Positions 59,526 to 64,000 of a DNA stretch of 64,000 bases are shown here, one piece after another (positions within the stretch are counted from its first letter, which is position 1; each line of letters begins with the position of its first letter). The stretch is from a virus (lineage: Duplodnaviria > Caudoviricetes): IMG/VR virus record IMGVR_UViG_3300020050_009224, positions 1-64,000 of that record; one strand, given 5' to 3'. A program made the translations under genes and the position numbers. The notes under the pieces are model-generated. The model saw only the letters and a program-made list of their open reading frames with translations. It had not been told where the DNA came from and did not search any database.

Positions 59526-59681
59526 ATGAAATACATTTTTATATTAATTGGATACCTAATTTTGCTTTTTGTAGCAGTTTGGGTATTCAATCATATTAAT
59601 CCTTGGCTAGGGATTTTTGCATTTATAGCTATTATTATTCATATCATATATTATATAAATAACAAAACAAAAAAAACATGA
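59526..59681 (+). CDS. Small two-TM protein coupled to the SPFH gene (not in ORF track)
   Basis: 51 aa, MKYIFILIGY...FNHINPWLG...; ATGA overlap with 59678. Confidence 0.65.
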   Translation: MKYIFILIGYLILLFVAVWVFNHINPWLGIFAFIAIIIHIIYYINNKTKKT

Positions 59682-60460
59682 AACCAATTAAATTTTTAGC
59701 AGTCATTCTATTTACTACTTTAATCACTTCTTGTGAAAGAGTAGCACCAAATTATCAAGGAGTTCTTATGGAAAACTATGGCAAATCTGGCAAATCTGAC
59801 TACAGTCTGGTAATGGGTAGAGTTAATACTACAGCTCCAGGAACTGAATTATTTCAAGTACCTTTATTTGAAAAAAGAGGAGAAACTCAAGATCAACTAC
59901 ATCTAAAAGCAGCAGATAATACTGAATTTACAGCAAAACCTGTTTATTCTATTAAAGCTATTTCTAATATGTGTGTAGATATTGTATTTGAAAATAGTAA
60001 TCTTAAAGCAAATGAAGATTTTTTGCTAGCTATTGAAGACAATATTCTTGAGCCTAAAATTTATGATCTTATGAAAGAAGCTAGTAGAAGTTATACTACA
60101 GATACTTTGATGGCTAGTGGAGGTTCTTTAAAATTTGAACAACATGTGCAAGAAGATGTAAAATTGGAATTTGCTAAAAAAGGATTTGAACTTTTATCTT
60201 TTTCTTGCCAATTAGACTTTACTGATAAAGTAAAACAAGGTATAGATACAAGAAACGAAGTTAAAACTAGTATTACTACTTTAACTAGTCAAATTGAAGA
60301 ACAAAGATTGAAAAATGATTTGGCTAAATTACAAGCAGATTATTACAGGATCATTTACACACCTGAATATCTTCAGGAAAGAATGATAGATGCTCTTAAA
60401 TGGTCTAATAATAGGGTTATTATCACTGATGGTAAGACTCCAGTAATGCTTAGTAATTAA
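59678..60460 (+). CDS. SPFH/band-7 domain lipoprotein
   Basis: LITS-C lipobox, ERVAPNYQGVLMENYG, coiled coil, short C-terminal beta tail. Confidence 0.8.
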   Translation: MKPIKFLAVILFTTLITSCERVAPNYQGVLMENYGKSGKSDYSLVMGRVNTTAPGTELFQVPLFEKRGETQDQLHLKAADNTEFTAKPVYSIKAISNMCVDIVFENSNLKANEDFLLAIEDNILEPKIYDLMKEASRSYTTDTLMASGGSLKFEQHVQEDVKLEFAKKGFELLSFSCQLDFTDKVKQGIDTRNEVKTSITTLTSQIEEQRLKNDLAKLQADYYRIIYTPEYLQERMIDALKWSNNRVIITDGKTPVMLSN

Positions 60461-60481
60461 ATTTTAAGAACAAATTACAAT

Positions 60482-60572
60482 AATAAACTTCTCTGGGTGG
60501 CCATGAGATATACCTTACTCTTAATCGGCAAACATGGGACTGCAAAGAAGTATCACATAGGAGAAGTTTATT
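60482..60572 (+). ncRNA. Intergenic structured RNA candidate
   Basis: 12-bp perfect closing stem AATAAACTTCTC/GAGAAGTTTATT around a ~67-nt core. Confidence 0.45.
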
Positions 60573-60604
60573 TTATTTAACATTAACTTAATAATTAAAA
60601 AACA

Positions 60605-61078
60605 ATGGATTCACTAATTAGATTTTTCTTTCATCATGCTGATTATTACAGTACAATATCTGATACAATTAACGGAGGAATTTATGCAATAGTAGCTCTT
60701 ATAGTTATTGCAATAATTATTAGAATTGTTACAATTTTAATAGCTAGATCTTGCTACGTAATAGAAACAGAAAATAATACTGGAATATTTGTAGTTTCTA
60801 CTATTATCGCATGTATATATTCTACATTTGAATATCTAACAATTGTGTATATCACTTCTTTTTTTAGTATGGGGTGGTTTATAGCACTTAATATTTTTTA
60901 TCTATTACTTTGGTCTTTAGGTACAGGTGTAAAAGCCAAATATTCTGCTGATACACTTTCAAAATTATCTTATTTAACTCATGCAGTTTTTACATATTCT
61001 TTTAATAAGATTAATTATTTGATATTTATTCAAAAAGAAACAGAATTAACTAAAGCACAATTAAAACCAATAAAATAA
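60605..61078 (+). CDS. Multi-TM membrane protein
   Basis: 157 aa, three or more hydrophobic segments. Confidence 0.65.
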   Translation: MDSLIRFFFHHADYYSTISDTINGGIYAIVALIVIAIIIRIVTILIARSCYVIETENNTGIFVVSTIIACIYSTFEYLTIVYITSFFSMGWFIALNIFYLLLWSLGTGVKAKYSADTLSKLSYLTHAVFTYSFNKINYLIFIQKETELTKAQLKPIK

Positions 61079-61932
61079 TGAATACAACAACTAAAAAAAG
61101 AATTTCTGAAGTAATTTCAGAAGAAATTGATTTAAAAAAACAAGAACACAAAGCAGAAAAATCTGTATTATTAATTGGAGCAGGAGATCCTGTCATAGAA
61201 GAAAATAGAAATATTTACAGGACTTTAAAAGATATTGGTATTGTTAATGCTAGTTTTAATAAAGAACTGGAGCAAGAAGACAATCTTATTTTACAAAGTA
61301 GACAAGAAAACAATTTTACTTCTGCTTTAAATTCTCTAATTCAGTTTTATCCTAAAAACAGAATTATTTCTTACCCAGAATTACATTCTGTATTAGTTAA
61401 ATATGATTTATTTTTAGGGCCATTAGCTGCATATACTAAAGAAATTCCTAAAGACAAAGCTCAGCAACTAATTGAATTATTTGAATATGAAAAAAGAAAA
61501 TTTACTACCATATGTAATAACTATGTACTTGATTCTTATTCAAATTTTAAAGACAGTGTAAAAATAGGAACTTTAGCAGGTATGATAAATAAAAATCCAG
61601 ATTTAGGTAACATTGAAGCTCATTATAGTTATGGTAATCAGTCTTTTGGTTATTATATAGCAGCTCCTAAAACTGATTTTGTTAAAAAAGATAGCTATTT
61701 AATAAGTAGAGAAATTTGTTATAGTAGTATTTCAAAGGGAAATTTTAAACTAAGTAAAATAAATTTTACTAATCCTTTTACTACGACAACTAATGCTTTA
61801 GATAGTATGGTTCCTAAAGATCCAATTATTGTAAGACCTTGGCAAGTTAAAGGTAAATTGTATTTTGTAATAGGCCCAGCTTGGGATAGAGAACAATTTG
61901 ACCCTAAAATCTTCAATCACATTGTAAATTAA
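61078..61932 (+). CDS. Hypothetical phage protein
   Basis: 284 aa; YIAAP...KDPII...YFVI..AWD C-terminal pattern. Confidence 0.7.
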   Translation: MNTTTKKRISEVISEEIDLKKQEHKAEKSVLLIGAGDPVIEENRNIYRTLKDIGIVNASFNKELEQEDNLILQSRQENNFTSALNSLIQFYPKNRIISYPELHSVLVKYDLFLGPLAAYTKEIPKDKAQQLIELFEYEKRKFTTICNNYVLDSYSNFKDSVKIGTLAGMINKNPDLGNIEAHYSYGNQSFGYYIAAPKTDFVKKDSYLISREICYSSISKGNFKLSKINFTNPFTTTTNALDSMVPKDPIIVRPWQVKGKLYFVIGPAWDREQFDPKIFNHIVN

Positions 61933-61937
61933 AAGTA

Positions 61938-62082
61938 TAAATAATAAGATTTTTAGTAATTCGATAACCAAAAGAGGGTAAGAATGAGTTTTTTCACGAC
62001 AACAGACTAGGATATAAGTTTGTATCAAAGAACAAATGGGACTTTAAAAAAGGTTTTAACGCATAAAAAATCTTATTATTTA
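61938..62082 (+). ncRNA. Intergenic structured RNA candidate
   Basis: 17-bp perfect closing stem TAAATAATAAGATTTTT/AAAAATCTTATTATTTA. Confidence 0.45.
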
Positions 62083-62107
62083 TTTTAAACTTAAATTTTA
62101 TTAAATT

Positions 62108-63227
62108 ATGAAATTAAAATATCAAATTGTATTAGTTACATTGTTATGTGTAATTATATATCTATTATTTAGCTTTAATCAAGTAACACTTGATATATCT
62201 AAATGGACTGAAGGATCTAGAGATGGATGTGCTTCATTAACTGGATTATTAATTACACTAGCTACAATTGTATCTCTTGTAGATTTTTCTGATAAAAAGA
62301 AATAATAATTATGAATAGATTTGCATTATATGTTGATCTTTTTTATAGGACTTTTACAATTTTTAACAAAAATAACTTATGACAAATAAAAAACTTATAC
62401 AAATAGCATCATTTATAGTACTGATGCTTGTTTTTAATCTAATACCTTGGATAGGACTAGCTAACTGGGCAGCTTTTCTTATGGTAATAGGATTAATAGA
62501 TAGCATACCTACTATACGTTTAAAAGATAATGAATTCTTGTATAAAGCGCAGGATTTTCTAGATCATAAAAATGAATTTAAAAAGTATCTAAAATACAGT
62601 TTTGATCATGATAAACTAATCTATATATCTGCTTTTTTATTATGTTTAACAATAGGTTATTATGTCATTTCTGATTTATTTATCTATAAACAAGTATCTA
62701 CAGATATGAGATTAGCTATTTCTTGTTTTGGTGCAATCTATGGTTTTTATTTTTTTAGATCTTACATACAAGCTTATAAGGAGATGAAACAATGATAATA
62801 CAATTTTACTAACATGCTATCTATTATAATATTAATAATTTTTTTAACTTTAGCTGCCTTTTTCAAAGCAAGATTAGATTTTCATTCAGAAAATACTAAA
62901 CATTTAACATGGCAAAACAAATACAAATATACAAAAAACAATTTAAACGAAAATTATATTTTTGAAAAAACTACAAAACAAGATAAACTTAGATATTTAT
63001 ATTTATATACACCTATATATAGTGAAAAATTTGCCTATTCTACTACTTTTTTAGTGGCCAAAACAGACTTATGGCATCTATATCAATTCTTCTTTCTAAG
63101 GTCTATATGGACTTGTATTACAGTATTTATGCCTTTATCAGGCTGGTGGAAATTAGGATTTATATTTATTATTTTTCCTATATTTTTTGGAATAATATTT
63201 GAAATTTTTTACAAAACAAAGAAATGA
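62108..63227 (+). other. Three small membrane proteins (62108, 62379, 62814)
   Basis: Hydrophobic ORFs with AT-rich leaders. Confidence 0.6.
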
Positions 63228-63374
63228 ATATATTTAGAAGAATCTTAAATTTTATTGCTGATAGTATAGAAACTGAAAATAAAGAAGAAATTTTCCATCA
63301 TCCTGTAACTGGGTATAGTGGAAATAGATCTAATATGGATACTTACATTATAAACAGAGAAAAGAAATTAAAAA

Positions 63375-63635
63375 ATGACAAATACTAATATAAAAATTGG
63401 GGATATTATTCAAATTAATACCGAAAATCTTTTAACTACTGGTGCATTAAATAATAAAGGTTTAATTTGTAAAATAAGTAAAATTAGAAATACTGACGGT
63501 AATCATGGTGTTATAAATAGAAATGCTTTTATACATATTGCAAATTTAGAAGGAAATGATATAACAACTAACGGTATTTGGTTACATGAATTTACTATTT
63601 CAAGTAATTCATCTATTATTTATGAAATATACTAA
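63375..63635 (+). CDS. YEIY-tail protein, SH3/KOW-like start
   Basis: IKIGDIIQI...IIYEIY*. Confidence 0.7.
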   Translation: MTNTNIKIGDIIQINTENLLTTGALNNKGLICKISKIRNTDGNHGVINRNAFIHIANLEGNDITTNGIWLHEFTISSNSSIIYEIY

Positions 63636-63654
63636 TTAAAAAACAAAAAAAATT

Positions 63655-63918
63655 ATGAAAAAAGAAGACTTTAGAAAAGGAAATATTTATACAGTAAAAG
63701 AAGTTGTTAGTGGGGTAGAGTATGTGTTTCAATGGTTAGATGATAGAATTGGAGCTTACACTTATATAAAAAAAGGCACTCATCATTCTAATGGAGGAGC
63801 TTGGGCTAACTATTTTATAGGCAGTGAAGCTACTAAAGAACAGATAGAATTACTACTTAGAAATCGTCATTTTAAACCAGAATTGTATAATCCTCAAATT
63901 TCATACGAAGTTTACTAA
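63655..63918 (+). CDS. YEIY-tail family protein
   Basis: DFRKGNIY...EATKEQI...SYEVY*. Confidence 0.75.
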   Translation: MKKEDFRKGNIYTVKEVVSGVEYVFQWLDDRIGAYTYIKKGTHHSNGGAWANYFIGSEATKEQIELLLRNRHFKPELYNPQISYEVY

Positions 63919-64000
63919 ATATTTTTAAATTATGAGAAGATTACAAGATTGTACTAATGATTATGGTGGTATTCTTATAACAGAACAAGAAATACCTACT

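Noticed and set aside
55528-63918. YEIY as a BAM beta-signal
   Set aside because: The proteins are small, lack signal peptides, and the Tyr spacing differs from the Y-x-F terminal pattern.

Overview
AT-rich 64 kb segment of a crAss-like (Crassvirales-type) podovirus. The host is most likely Bacteroidota, judged from repeated TAnnTTTG promoter boxes. The standard genetic code appears to be used. Positions 1-44.0 kb are a minus-strand late block in crAss-like order: terminase large subunit, portal, scaffold-like protein, major capsid protein, two head-completion proteins, auxiliary capsid protein, tail fibre, lysis cassette, ring/hub/IHF-like/muzzle proteins and three cargo (ejection) proteins. 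The largest cargo gene (start 5046) runs off the left edge and is missing from the ORF track. Upstream of the terminase lie a tRNA-Met(CAT), an Acb2/Tad1-like protein, a metallophosphoesterase, an HExxH protein and a DUF559 nuclease. From ~44.2 kb the strand switches to a plus-strand early region. Best finds: (1) a ~9 kb low-coding region (45.1-53.8 kb) holding a tandem array of more than 15 self-contained structured RNAs, including a textbook twister ribozyme, a variant twister, a three-copy covarying motif and ~400-nt ornate RNAs; (2) at least 6-7 small early proteins from different families that all end in YE[IV]Y-stop or a one-residue variant; (3) an A_AAA_AAG plus hairpin -1 frameshift signal that would fuse a start-less lysozyme-like domain onto an 882-aa cargo protein. 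All family assignments come from motif recognition and synteny; no searches were run.
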